Part shown: in pieces, positions 9,811 to 19,261 of the stretch
Position numbering within the stretch: the first letter of the stretch is position 1
Layout: each line of letters begins with the position of its first letter
Assembly: GCA_041662265.1 (NCBI GenBank)
Contig: JBAZSV010000005.1
Location: 124,010 to 188,009, forward strand
Reading direction: 5' to 3'
Length of the DNA stretch: 64,000 bases
From: Sulfurimonas sp.
GTDB taxonomy: Bacteria; Campylobacterota; Campylobacteria; Campylobacterales; Sulfurimonadaceae
Translations under genes and position numbers: made by a program
The notes under the pieces: generated by a model
What the model saw: the letters and a program-made list of their open reading frames with translations, nothing else
Database searches by the model: none
What the model was told of the DNA's origin: nothing

Positions 9811-10299
9811 ATGCAAAGAAGAGAGCTTTTTGGCTTTCTCTCTTCGCAACTCAAACCAAAAGTAGAGAAAGAGAGCTATTTAAGACCACCTTATTTCAAT
9901 GATATTCATGCGTTTGATACAGAGTGCCAAAAATGCGATGGCAAATGTGCCACTTTGTGCCAAGAGCAAATTATTGTAATAAATAGTGATAAAACTCCAT
10001 CTCTCAATTTTTCAAAAGGCGGATGCACCTACTGTGATGAATGTGCCTTGGCATGTGGATTTGGTGTTTTAAAGGTAGAAGATAAAAAGGTTATAAACGC
10101 AGATGTAAGCGTCAATGAAACTACTTGCCTTAGTTGGTCAGGTGTTATGTGTTTTTCATGCAAAGACCCATGTTTAGAAGATGCAATAAGTTTTAAAGCG
10201 ATGTTTATGCCAAGTATAGATACAAACAAATGTACGGCATGTGGATTTTGCATAAATAGATGTCCAACTTTAGCAATAGATATAAAGGTAGATAGATGA
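9811..10299 (+). CDS. napF: Ferredoxin-type protein NapF
   Basis: 162 aa with several 4Fe-4S motifs (CQKCDGKCATLC, CTYCDECALAC, CTACGFCINRCP). Confidence 0.8.
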   Translation: MQRRELFGFLSSQLKPKVEKESYLRPPYFNDIHAFDTECQKCDGKCATLCQEQIIVINSDKTPSLNFSKGGCTYCDECALACGFGVLKVEDKKVINADVSVNETTCLSWSGVMCFSCKDPCLEDAISFKAMFMPSIDTNKCTACGFCINRCPTLAIDIKVDR

Positions 10300-11246
10300 C
10301 AAAGTTCGTACTCTTCCTCATACTTTTTAGTTCCTTATATAGCGCAGAGGTTCAACTTCCACATGCCATGTTACAAGCAAGTGGTGGAGTTGTTGATTTA
10401 GTACTGAGTAATGATAAACTCTACAGTGCAACCAAAGCGAGTAGTGTTGATATTTTTGATATGAAAACAAAAACTCTTATCGAAAAAATCACTGTAGATA
10501 AAGTAACAGACTTTGTAGGAGATATCATTGACTCAAAAGTTTACTCTGTAGATGTACTCAAAGATAAAGTTTTACTCCTCTCTCAAGCAGAACAAGGTTA
10601 TAGAAGAGTACATATCCACATGCCAAATCAAACAGAACTCATCATTCCTCAGAGTGCAAAACTCTCCATAGCAAAAGCAAAATTTTTAGATGAAAACACA
10701 ATTCTTTTAGCACTTTTAAGTAATGACCTCATATCCTATGATATAAAAAACAAAAAACAAAATTGGAATGTTCAAGTTTCACAGTCTAAATTTTCAGACT
10801 TTTCATTAAATGAAGACAAAACACAAGTAATCGTTGCGGATGAAAGTGGAAATCTAAAACTTTATAAAACATCAGATGGCTCACTTATAAAAACATTTAA
10901 TGACAAAAACTTAGATAATGTCTTTCAAGTGGATTATAAAAATGGGATTATTGCGACTGCAGGACAAGACAGAAAAGTTGTGATTTACAGCGCAACTTCT
11001 GGCTCTGCATATTTTAAAAATGCTTCATTTTTAATTTACACTGTTGCTCTTTCTCCTAGTGCAAAATTAGCCGCATATTTAAATGATGAGAATAATAATG
11101 TTACAATCTTCAACACAAACAGTAAAAATGAGATTGGTACATTTGGTGGCAATAAGATGACACTTTCAAAGATACTTTTTGTAAATGAAACTGAATTTTT
11201 AGTTTCAAGTGATGATACTAAAATCAATCTGTATAAAATTAAATAG
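10296..11246 (+). CDS. napL: Periplasmic beta-propeller-like protein NapL
   Basis: 316 aa with a signal peptide and repetitive beta-strand-rich sequence. Its position between napF and napD is typical of Campylobacterota nap clusters. Confidence 0.7.
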   Translation: MTKFVLFLILFSSLYSAEVQLPHAMLQASGGVVDLVLSNDKLYSATKASSVDIFDMKTKTLIEKITVDKVTDFVGDIIDSKVYSVDVLKDKVLLLSQAEQGYRRVHIHMPNQTELIIPQSAKLSIAKAKFLDENTILLALLSNDLISYDIKNKKQNWNVQVSQSKFSDFSLNEDKTQVIVADESGNLKLYKTSDGSLIKTFNDKNLDNVFQVDYKNGIIATAGQDRKVVIYSATSGSAYFKNASFLIYTVALSPSAKLAAYLNDENNNVTIFNTNSKNEIGTFGGNKMTLSKILFVNETEFLVSSDDTKINLYKIK

Positions 11247-11256
11247 AGGCTAAACT

Positions 11257-11700
11257 ATGCAGTACAACGAATCTGAATTTTTAATCGAAACGATAGTTCC
11301 AGAGCATGAGTTAATCATCTCGCGAACAGATTTAAAAGGAAATATCACTTATGCTAATGAGACATTTTGTGAGATTAGCGGGTATGAGGAGAGTGAACTT
11401 TTAGGTAAATCTCATAGCCTCATCCGACATCCAGACATGCCAAGCTCCGTATTTAAAAATTTATGGCGATTTATTCAAGATGAAAAACAATGGATTGGAG
11501 TAGTCAAAAATCTTCGCAAAGATAGAGGTTTTTACTGGGTAAAAGCAATAGTTTCAGGCGTTTATAAAGATGGTGAATTAGTTGAGTACAAGTCACTCCG
11601 AACTCCTATTAGTTACGATGAAAAACTGAAACATCAAAAACTTTATGATAAAATTAGGAAGGATGACGGAGAAAAGACAAGAAAAATAATTTACGAATAA
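11257..11700 (+). CDS. Stand-alone Aer/CetB-type PAS (FAD-binding type) sensor protein
   Basis: 147 aa. ISRTDLKGNITYANETFCEISGYEESELLGKSHSLIRHPDMP...WIGVVKNLRKDRGFYWV closely matches the Aer N-terminal PAS signature (RHPDMP, VKNRRKNGD.YWV). Confidence 0.8.
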   Translation: MQYNESEFLIETIVPEHELIISRTDLKGNITYANETFCEISGYEESELLGKSHSLIRHPDMPSSVFKNLWRFIQDEKQWIGVVKNLRKDRGFYWVKAIVSGVYKDGELVEYKSLRTPISYDEKLKHQKLYDKIRKDDGEKTRKIIYE

Positions 11701-11731
11701 AACAGATAAAATAAAATTAAGGATTAAAATA

Positions 11732-12121
11732 ATGAATGTATCAAGTATAGTAGTTCAAACCGTACCAAAGTATTTAGAAGAGGTTGTTCAAAGTTTAAAA
11801 GATTGTGAAGTTTGTGATTACCACATGCACGATAAGTTGGGAAGAATAATTATTACCATAGAAGGCGAAGGTGTATCTGAGGAGCTTGAGAAACTAAGAG
11901 TTATCGAAGGAATTCCACATGTCATAGCTGCTGATATGCAAATGGCATATAGCGAAGATGAACTCGATGCACACATGGAAGTTATCAACAATGCGGATGT
12001 TGTTCCAAAAATGCTCAACGATGATTCTATAAATGCGAGAGATATCGTTTACAATGGCGACTTAAGAAAAAAAGATTTAGAAGGCTTTGCTAGAACTTTT
12101 AATAATATAGGCAAAAAATAG
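11732..12121 (+). CDS. napD: NapA chaperone NapD
   Basis: 129 aa. The SSIVVQT start and GRIIITIEGEG...GIPHVIAADMQ pattern are typical of NapD, and it is the last canonical gene of the nap cluster. Confidence 0.75.
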   Translation: MNVSSIVVQTVPKYLEEVVQSLKDCEVCDYHMHDKLGRIIITIEGEGVSEELEKLRVIEGIPHVIAADMQMAYSEDELDAHMEVINNADVVPKMLNDDSINARDIVYNGDLRKKDLEGFARTFNNIGKK

Positions 12122-12397
12122 ATGTCTGTAATCTTTGAATCTTGTATAAAAGTAGATGAAACTGGAGCGTGGTTTATAGAATTGCGTGATACGGTGGCAA
12201 AAAAAGTTGCAACTTGCCAGACCATAGATGAATATTCTCAAAAAGTTGAAGAGTTTGGTGCTGCTTATGGTGGACAAATCGATGAAGTAAAGTGGAGCAA
12301 AGATGACAATGTTCCTCCACACATCATGGATGAAATACGATTAGAAATGTCTTTACAGCAACAAGAGTTAGAAAAACAAAAAGAAGAATCGCAGTAA
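12122..12397 (+). CDS. Small acidic hypothetical protein, translationally abutting napD
   Basis: 91-aa ORF whose ATG directly follows the napD TAG (TAGATG). No recognisable motif. Confidence 0.5.
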   Translation: MSVIFESCIKVDETGAWFIELRDTVAKKVATCQTIDEYSQKVEEFGAAYGGQIDEVKWSKDDNVPPHIMDEIRLEMSLQQQELEKQKEESQ

Positions 12398-12402
12398 GTT
12401 CC

Positions 12403-12471
12403 GTATGTCGAGATAGTACTAGACTCAGGATGGAGGATACGCCGCCCTCCCGTACTGATTTGATGACATAC
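12403..12471 (+). other. GC-rich nested-helix element (candidate structured RNA or REP-like element)
   Basis: GTATGTC...GACATAC (7 bp) encloses AGTAC...GTACT (5 bp), which encloses GGAGG-atacgccgc-CCTCC (5 bp). This is a local G+C island in an AT-rich spacer, 6 nt after the operon's last stop. Confidence 0.35.
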
Positions 12472-12714
12472 TGTTTACTACTCAAAAAAGTCTCTCTTCT
12501 CATCACAAACAACGACACAAAATAATTATTTTCATCGAGTATATGAAAAATCCTTCTTTGTTCACTATCAAAAATAGCAAAAATGAAAGAAGAGTATTGA
12601 TAACCAATATTCTAAAAGTTTTCACTTCCACATGCCATGTCTTTAGCATTTTTTACAAATTAGAGCACTATTTATGCTAATATAAATAAAAATAACACTC
12701 TTTTTGTAAGGATT

Positions 12715-14535
12715 TTGATGCGGTTTTTCATTTTTATATTATTTTTAACTACTTTGGCATTTTCTGCGGATATAAACGAAAAACTTTTTGAGGGAACGGA
12801 TAAAGAAGTTTATTACAAAGAAATTCAAAAGCAGATTGAGAGCACTTTGCATAAACGCGCACCAGAACTCCTTGCAGACGAGCGACTTCAACTCTCAAGA
12901 GTTCGGAGTGCTGCCTCACAAAATATTCAAATTGACAGCTATGATTTAACGAAAATCTCAGGTGATAGCGTCAATCTACAAAACTACTATGATGCTATAA
13001 ATGCTGTTGCATCTTTGCGTTATACTCTCAAAGAGCATCAAAAAATGCTTTCAAATATTCAAGCAAAACTTGCTTTTATCAAAGAAAAAATCGTCAATAT
13101 AATCGAAGTAGATAAAGAAAAACTTCTCTCTCTTCAACTCCAATTTGCCTACAATAAGCTCTTACAAAAAAATATTGAAAGTAAAATAGAACTTTTACAA
13201 AAACATGAGCAGGAGATATTGAAACAGTTACTTGGCGCTCTTGTACTTTTACAATGCGACAAACTTACAAATGCGTCAGCAACCCTACTCTCTTACAATG
13301 AAAAACTACAAGAAATCTCTCAAGAGAAGATTGCCTTACAAATCAGTCTTGAAAATGCCACGATTGCAGAAAGTGATACAAAAGAAAAAATTATTTTAAA
13401 AGCAAAAGCAGCTGAAGATGAGTACCAAAAAACTCTCGCTCAAATCATCAGCTTAAAAACTAAACAGTCCATTTGTCTCATAGAAAATGAAAACAATCAA
13501 GACTATTTTAAACTTCTTATCGAAATAGAAGAGCTTACTTTACAACTCTCACCTGAGATAAGACCAATTTATAATGAGCAAGTTACAACACTTAGAGACC
13601 TCTCAAAAGAGGCATTTGGAGTAACAAAACTTTTTTTTGGGGCGACGCTCCATGAAGTAAAAGAGATTTTTAAAACTATAAAAGAGTATATCACATCACC
13701 GATTTTTGTATTTAATGAACATCCAATATCTTTCCTTAGCCTCATAAAAGCCTTAACCTTCATCATTTTTGGTTTTATTACTGGTATGTTTTACAAAAAA
13801 TGGATAACAAACACCGCAAAAAGATGGCCAAATGCAAGTCAAATGTCTGTTCGACTTGCAACAAACATGGGGTACTATTTCATTGTAATCCTAGCTTTTA
13901 TCATCTCCATCAGCAGTATCGGTATAGATATGTCTTCCATGTCATTGATTGCTGGAGCGCTCTCTATCGGGATAGGTTTTGGTCTTCAAACCGTTGTTTC
14001 AAACTTTATTGCAGGTGTTATTTTAATGTTTGAGAGAACGATTCGTATCGGAGATGTGATAGAACTCAACGCAACTTCGCGTGGAAGAGTAACCGACATG
14101 CGTATCCGCTCGACAACCATAAAAACTTTTGACAACATTGACATCGTTGTTCCCAACTCCTCTTTTATTCAAAACAATGTTATAAATTGGACACTCGAAG
14201 ATATGTCAAGACGCGTACATATACCTTTTAGTGTTGCGTATGGAACAAACATCGAGTTTCTTATAGATGCGATACTGGGTGAATTACAAACAAGTGATTT
14301 AGCCTATATCAAAGATAATAATGAAAAAGAACCTGAAATATGGATGGTTGAGATGGCTCAAAGTACAGTCAATTTTGAGTTGCTTGTTTGGGTAGAAGGA
14401 AACAATAAAGACCGTCCAAACGCAGTAAAATCAGACTTCTTAGTTCTGATATATAACGCTCTTTATAAACATAATATCAGCATTCCTTTTCCACAGATGG
14501 ATGTTCATATCAAAGAAGCACCCTCAAATAACTAG
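12715..14535 (+). CDS. MscS-family mechanosensitive channel with large N-terminal periplasmic coiled-coil domain (MscK-like architecture)
   Basis: 606 aa with a signal peptide, a long helical region and TM helices. It carries the MscS signature IGIGFGLQTVVSNFIAGVILMFERTIRIGDVIEL. ATG 12718 is a likely start. Confidence 0.85.
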   Translation: MMRFFIFILFLTTLAFSADINEKLFEGTDKEVYYKEIQKQIESTLHKRAPELLADERLQLSRVRSAASQNIQIDSYDLTKISGDSVNLQNYYDAINAVASLRYTLKEHQKMLSNIQAKLAFIKEKIVNIIEVDKEKLLSLQLQFAYNKLLQKNIESKIELLQKHEQEILKQLLGALVLLQCDKLTNASATLLSYNEKLQEISQEKIALQISLENATIAESDTKEKIILKAKAAEDEYQKTLAQIISLKTKQSICLIENENNQDYFKLLIEIEELTLQLSPEIRPIYNEQVTTLRDLSKEAFGVTKLFFGATLHEVKEIFKTIKEYITSPIFVFNEHPISFLSLIKALTFIIFGFITGMFYKKWITNTAKRWPNASQMSVRLATNMGYYFIVILAFIISISSIGIDMSSMSLIAGALSIGIGFGLQTVVSNFIAGVILMFERTIRIGDVIELNATSRGRVTDMRIRSTTIKTFDNIDIVVPNSSFIQNNVINWTLEDMSRRVHIPFSVAYGTNIEFLIDAILGELQTSDLAYIKDNNEKEPEIWMVEMAQSTVNFELLVWVEGNNKDRPNAVKSDFLVLIYNALYKHNISIPFPQMDVHIKEAPSNN

Positions 14536-14550
14536 TAAAATGGAGAAAAA

Positions 14551-15945
14551 ATGATAAAAGTAACTTCCTATGGAGCAGCGCAAACCGTCACTGGCTCGTG
14601 CCATCTTGTAAAAATAAAATCAATTAAAATCCTTATAGATTGTGGCATGTTTCAAGGAGATGGCATAGGGCAAATGAACTATGATGTCTTTGGATTTGAG
14701 CCTTCAAAAATCGATTATCTTATTTTAACACATGCCCATCTTGACCATATTGGAAGAGTTCCTAAACTCGTAAAAGAGGGTTTTCGTGGCAAAATTATCG
14801 CTACAAAAGCGACAAAAGATATCGCTAAAATCATGCTTCTTGATAGTGCCGCGATTTTAAAAGAAGAGTATAAAACTCTAAGAAGAAAAGCTAGAAGACG
14901 AGGTGAAGAAGAGAGCATAACCGAACCGCTCTACTCTGAGGCAAATGTGAAGGATGTTTTTTACAAAAAATGGATTACGCTTGATTATTTTGAAGAAAAA
15001 AAATTACCGCAACATATCGTCGTCACTTTAGCAAATGCAGGTCATATCATGGGAAGTGCTTTTGTTATGCTTGACTATAATGAAGAAAACAAACAAAAAC
15101 GCGTTGTTTTTTCAGGCGATATTGGAAGTCCAAAACGACTCATCATTAACGCCCCAGATAAAATCTACAAAGCCCAATCTCTCTTTATAGAATCCACTTA
15201 TGGCGACCGTCAGCATAAGCCTTTAAAAGAGAGTGTAGAAGAGTTTAAAAATGCCGTTATACAAACGATTGAAAATGATGGAAACATCATAATCCCCTCT
15301 TTTGCTCTGGAGCGTACGCAGGAGATTTTGTGGCTATTGCATCAAATGTTTGACGATAAAAAACTACCAAAATGCAAAATTTTTCTTGATAGTCCTCTTG
15401 CCATAAAAACAACAAAACTTTACAACAAGTACCCTATTCATCTTATCGATGAGTTAGAAATAATGTCTAGCATCAAAGACCCATTTTCTTTTGAATGGCT
15501 GCAAACAACACAAACAAGAGACCAATCTATGATGATAAACAAGGTCAAAGAACGCGCGATTATCATCGCTGGAAGCGGCATGTGCAACGGTGGCAGAGTT
15601 ATGCAACATCTCAAACACAGACTATGGAATCCAAAAAATGCAATAATATTTGTAGGATACCAAGTCAAAGGAACACTCGGACGCAACATCATAGACGGTG
15701 CAGAGTTTATAAAAATTTATGGCGAAGAGATTATTTGCAAAGCAAATGTTTTTACCATCAATGGTTTTTCAGCACACGCAGACCAAAAAGAACTCATAGA
15801 GTGGTTACGACCTGTGAAAAATTTAGAGCACCTTTGCCTCATCCATGGCGAAACTGATAAAATGGATATATTTGCACAAGAGATTAAAACTCAGCTAAAC
15901 ATTGATGCACATCAAATGGAATATGGCATTTGCGTAGAATTATGA
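14551..15945 (+). CDS. Metallo-beta-lactamase / beta-CASP family RNA-metabolising hydrolase
   Basis: 464 aa with THAHLDHIGRVP (HxHxDH), a beta-CASP region and a C-terminal SAHADQKEL motif. Confidence 0.8.
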   Translation: MIKVTSYGAAQTVTGSCHLVKIKSIKILIDCGMFQGDGIGQMNYDVFGFEPSKIDYLILTHAHLDHIGRVPKLVKEGFRGKIIATKATKDIAKIMLLDSAAILKEEYKTLRRKARRRGEEESITEPLYSEANVKDVFYKKWITLDYFEEKKLPQHIVVTLANAGHIMGSAFVMLDYNEENKQKRVVFSGDIGSPKRLIINAPDKIYKAQSLFIESTYGDRQHKPLKESVEEFKNAVIQTIENDGNIIIPSFALERTQEILWLLHQMFDDKKLPKCKIFLDSPLAIKTTKLYNKYPIHLIDELEIMSSIKDPFSFEWLQTTQTRDQSMMINKVKERAIIIAGSGMCNGGRVMQHLKHRLWNPKNAIIFVGYQVKGTLGRNIIDGAEFIKIYGEEIICKANVFTINGFSAHADQKELIEWLRPVKNLEHLCLIHGETDKMDIFAQEIKTQLNIDAHQMEYGICVEL

Positions 15946-15955
15946 AAGGAAAAAA

Positions 15956-16384
15956 ATGAACCCACAAGTAATAAAAACAAATAGATATTTAGAGACAAAT
16001 GACATAGAAATACATCTGCAAAATGTTGAATATATCATTATGGCTGCCCCTGCTCCTGAGCATTTTAAGGATACACCAATCCATTTTACAATCTTTTTAA
16101 ACACAGATGAGTCTTTGCCTCAAGAGGTTCAAAAGGCTGTTTTAGAGAAGTTTTTAGAAGAAAATGCTATCAAAAACCAAACTGAGCTTATGAGCCAAAT
16201 CATGGCAGTTGGTTTTGCAGAGAGTTCTCAAGATACGCCGATGCCTATGCTTTTAATCAAACCTCAAGATATAAACTCAATTCCACATGCCGCAATGTTT
16301 GTTATGGACTTTTTAGCTGATTCTGATAACTTTAGCGAAGCAAAACAAATGAGTTTAACGGGCTGGAGTTATAGCTACAACTAG
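15956..16384 (+). CDS. Hypothetical protein
   Basis: 142-aa ORF with GGAAAAAAATG RBS-like context. No recognisable motif. Its stop overlaps the pepP stop convergently (CTAG). Confidence 0.45.
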   Translation: MNPQVIKTNRYLETNDIEIHLQNVEYIIMAAPAPEHFKDTPIHFTIFLNTDESLPQEVQKAVLEKFLEENAIKNQTELMSQIMAVGFAESSQDTPMPMLLIKPQDINSIPHAAMFVMDFLADSDNFSEAKQMSLTGWSYSYN

Positions 16385-17655
16385 CTTTTAGACTCTATCT
16401 CGTTTATATTTTTAACTATACTTTTTGAAAGATTTTCATAACCGTTTGCTGTCACTAAAATATTATCTTCTATGCGAATTCCAATGCCACGATATTTTTC
16501 TGGGATACTTTTATCATTTTTATCACAATAAATCGCTGGTTCTATGGTTAAAACCATACCTTTCATAAATGGTATTTCTTTGTCATTGTGATATTTATAG
16601 GGCGCTTCGTCGTGAACATCTAAACCCATCCAATGCCCTATGCCATGTGGAAAATACTTTTTATGTTTCTTTTTTTTGATAAGCTTTTTAGAGTCACCTT
16701 TGAGAATACCTAGTTTTATCATTCCCAGAGTGAGTAACTTTTCTGCTTTTGCTTGGAGAGTACTTCGCTTGGCATGTGGCTTTATCATCTTAATTATTTT
16801 TTTTTGAACTTCCAGCACCATATTGTAAAGCTCTTTTTGAGGTTTTGTAAATGTACCATTGACTGGAATCGTTCTGGTAATATCACTTGCATAGTACTCA
16901 TATTCACATCCGGCATCTATGAGAATCAGCTCATTATCTCCAAGGATTTTATTATTGCTCACATAATGAAGTGTATTTGCTGCATTTCCACATGCCACGA
17001 TGGATGTATAAGCATCACTGTACGCACCATTTGACTTAAATACATACTCTATTTTTGCTTGAAGTTCATACTCATACTTGTTTCTCTTATCAAACTTCAT
17101 AGCCTCGTGATGCGCTTCTTTTGTGATGCTCATAGCTTTTTTTATCAACTCTATCTCTGCATTTGATTTAATCAGCCTCATTTCACCAATAATGAGTGCA
17201 ATATTTTTATGAGCAAATATCTGTTTAGAATATTTTTTAAGAATTTTAACTTTTGAATAATCCAAGCTAAAATCATAATAAAGAGATTTTTTACTCACAA
17301 AAAACTCTTTTAACTTCTCTTGCAATGTGCTTATTGAGTGGACTTCATCCACTAAAAATTTCTCTTTCGCTTTTTTCTCTCCTAATCTTTTTCCATTCCA
17401 AAGCTCTAATGTTTTATCTTTGCTTTGTAGAAATAAAATAGTTTTGAGACCCTTTTTTGTTTTGATAATCACTAAGGCAGAGTTGTCCTCTTTAAATCCA
17501 CTTAAATAGTAAAAATTACTATTTTGTCTGTAGGGATACTCGGTATCATTTGAACGGGTTTTACTCTCTGCACTAAACAAAACGACTATAGAATTATTGG
17601 ATAACTTTGTTGCTAAAGTCTCTCTCCGTGACTTATATTCTTGTTCTAAAATCAT
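16381..17655 (-). CDS. pepP: Xaa-Pro aminopeptidase (M24B)
   Basis: Metal-ligand motifs LIDAGCEY, YASDITRT, HGIGHWMGLDVHD and GIRIEDN. The start is set at the Met (MILEQEY) just after the upstream gene's stop; the track ORF extends to 17676. Confidence 0.85.
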   Translation of the reverse strand: MILEQEYKSRRETLATKLSNNSIVVLFSAESKTRSNDTEYPYRQNSNFYYLSGFKEDNSALVIIKTKKGLKTILFLQSKDKTLELWNGKRLGEKKAKEKFLVDEVHSISTLQEKLKEFFVSKKSLYYDFSLDYSKVKILKKYSKQIFAHKNIALIIGEMRLIKSNAEIELIKKAMSITKEAHHEAMKFDKRNKYEYELQAKIEYVFKSNGAYSDAYTSIVACGNAANTLHYVSNNKILGDNELILIDAGCEYEYYASDITRTIPVNGTFTKPQKELYNMVLEVQKKIIKMIKPHAKRSTLQAKAEKLLTLGMIKLGILKGDSKKLIKKKKHKKYFPHGIGHWMGLDVHDEAPYKYHNDKEIPFMKGMVLTIEPAIYCDKNDKSIPEKYRGIGIRIEDNILVTANGYENLSKSIVKNINEIESKS

Positions 17656-18257
17656 CTGTTTACCTGAGCAAACCACTCATTTATTTGCGATAAAACCTCA
17701 TAAAGTGCCGCGTCAAGTGCTACAACTCCGCCCTCTACATCTAAACTTTTTGCATTCACTTTAGAGCGAAATGTTTTAGTAGCAATAACGCTGTTTTTGT
17801 TGGAGTCAATAAGCGTTAAAGTCAGTACAACGCTCGAGTACGACTCTTTAAAATCCTCACTAAAATACTGCATAAAATCTTCAATATTTGTTTCTAAAAT
17901 CAAATCATTTTTACTTCTTGACTTAGAGACTTGAATATTTTTAAAAAGATTAGCATCTCTTAAAAGTTCAAGTAACTTCGCTGTTATAGCCTGATTTGGC
18001 GTAGTAGCCCATTTTGCTTGAGAGAAAGCAAACTGTTTATTTTCACCTTGAACATAATTCATATCCAAAGACATTAAAGTGTTAGAACTAAATGCTTCGG
18101 CTACTTTGAGTGATTTATCTTCAAAAACTTTTTGTGTTTTGCTCTTACTCGACGGCATGTGGGAATTCAGTTTATACTCATTCATTGGAGGTTGCACACC
18201 AACACATCCACTCAATAATAAAACAGTAAATATCGTAACTAAAATCTTCATTCTCAC
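17652..18257 (-). CDS. ABC-transport auxiliary lipoprotein (PqiC/DUF330-like) of the Mla/Mce-type operon
   Basis: 201 aa with lipobox LLLSGC. It directly follows an MlaD/Mce gene with a 4-nt overlap. Confidence 0.55.
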   Translation of the reverse strand: MRMKILVTIFTVLLLSGCVGVQPPMNEYKLNSHMPSSKSKTQKVFEDKSLKVAEAFSSNTLMSLDMNYVQGENKQFAFSQAKWATTPNQAITAKLLELLRDANLFKNIQVSKSRSKNDLILETNIEDFMQYFSEDFKESYSSVVLTLTLIDSNKNSVIATKTFRSKVNAKSLDVEGGVVALDAALYEVLSQINEWFAQVNR

Positions 18258-19216
18258 TTCTCCCCTGGACCTTTTTTAACTTCTTCTTGTTTAAATAAAA
18301 TATCCCCTGGACTTCGCTCATACGCATTTAGAATATCTTCAACTTTAATAATCAAGCGTTGTGTGTCTAAAAGTGTATTATTTATCGTTGGCACAACATC
18401 ACTCGAAATCTCTTTGAGATTAAATTCACCACTTGCAATTGCTCGTTTTACCTCATCCATTGTAGCTCGAATGCCTAAATAACTATTCATTATAGAGCCA
18501 AGCGATGAGGAAATTTTATCTTCAAATGAGATGCTATTACTTATAAATTTATCTATATTTGGTGTGATTTTAGTTAAATCTTTACTCACCATATCTATAT
18601 TTTTTGCACTAGAATGTAAATGATTTATTGTTTCATCATCAATAATTTTATCCATTTTATCCATAAATGCAGCGGTTCTTTGAAGTACGAGTGTAATTTG
18701 TTTTTGGTTTTCATCATTTAAAAGTTTTTCTGTTTGCGCTAAAGTTGAGGATAACTTTTTAGAAACAGAGCCAAGAGAAGACTCAATATTTTCAAAAAAT
18801 GAGGGTGCACTTTTTATACATGGGTATTTTTCACCCTCTTGTGCCTTTAACTCAGCAGCACCATGAGAACCCATATCAAGATTTATATAACTAAGACCCG
18901 TAATTCCCTGAGCTGTAAGTTTTGCAATAGTATCTTCTTTTATAGGTGTTGATTTTAAAATAGTAACCGTTACTTCTACCTGCTCTGAGTTTTTGGGGCT
19001 AATTCCTAACGCTGAAACTTTACCGACTGCAATACCTCTATATTTTACAGGGGCATCTATATTTAGCCCTAAAATAGACTCATTAAAATATATTGTATAT
19101 TTTTTTGTCTCTTGCTCATTAGAAGGTTGTAAAAGCCAGTATATAAACCCCAGCATCAACCCAACTCCAAAAAGAACTAAAAAACCGACTAAAGAGTAGT
19201 TTACTTTGTTATTCAT
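18254..19216 (-). CDS. MlaD/Mce-family substrate-binding protein
   Basis: 320 aa with an N-terminal TM anchor, then YTIYFNESILGLNIDAPVKYRGIAVGKVSALGI, which is typical of MCE domains. Confidence 0.8.
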   Translation of the reverse strand: MNNKVNYSLVGFLVLFGVGLMLGFIYWLLQPSNEQETKKYTIYFNESILGLNIDAPVKYRGIAVGKVSALGISPKNSEQVEVTVTILKSTPIKEDTIAKLTAQGITGLSYINLDMGSHGAAELKAQEGEKYPCIKSAPSFFENIESSLGSVSKKLSSTLAQTEKLLNDENQKQITLVLQRTAAFMDKMDKIIDDETINHLHSSAKNIDMVSKDLTKITPNIDKFISNSISFEDKISSSLGSIMNSYLGIRATMDEVKRAIASGEFNLKEISSDVVPTINNTLLDTQRLIIKVEDILNAYERSPGDILFKQEEVKKGPGEK

Positions 19217-19261
19217 ATAAATTTATCTCCATCATTTTCATAAAATACTCTCGTTGCATAT

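Noticed and set aside
12403-12471. tRNA or tRNA-like gene (7-bp terminal stem, about 69 nt)
   Set aside because: There is no T-loop (GTTCRANYC) or D-loop consensus, no cloverleaf arrangement and no CCA or discriminator context.
12324-12518. 64-aa minus-strand ORF over the GC-rich element after the nap operon
   Set aside because: It overlaps the 3-prime end of the 91-aa gene, has no RBS, and is explained by the structured GC-rich element.
15495-15857. 120-aa alternative-frame ORF within the beta-CASP hydrolase gene
   Set aside because: Its Arg/His-rich translation is typical of an off-frame reading of an AT-rich gene, and it is fully contained in a well-supported CDS.
16381-16384. Convergent genes sharing overlapping stop codons (CTAG here; TTAA at 44859-44862)
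   Set aside because: This is common in compact AT-rich genomes and implies only the absence of an intergenic terminator. It is not a distinct feature.
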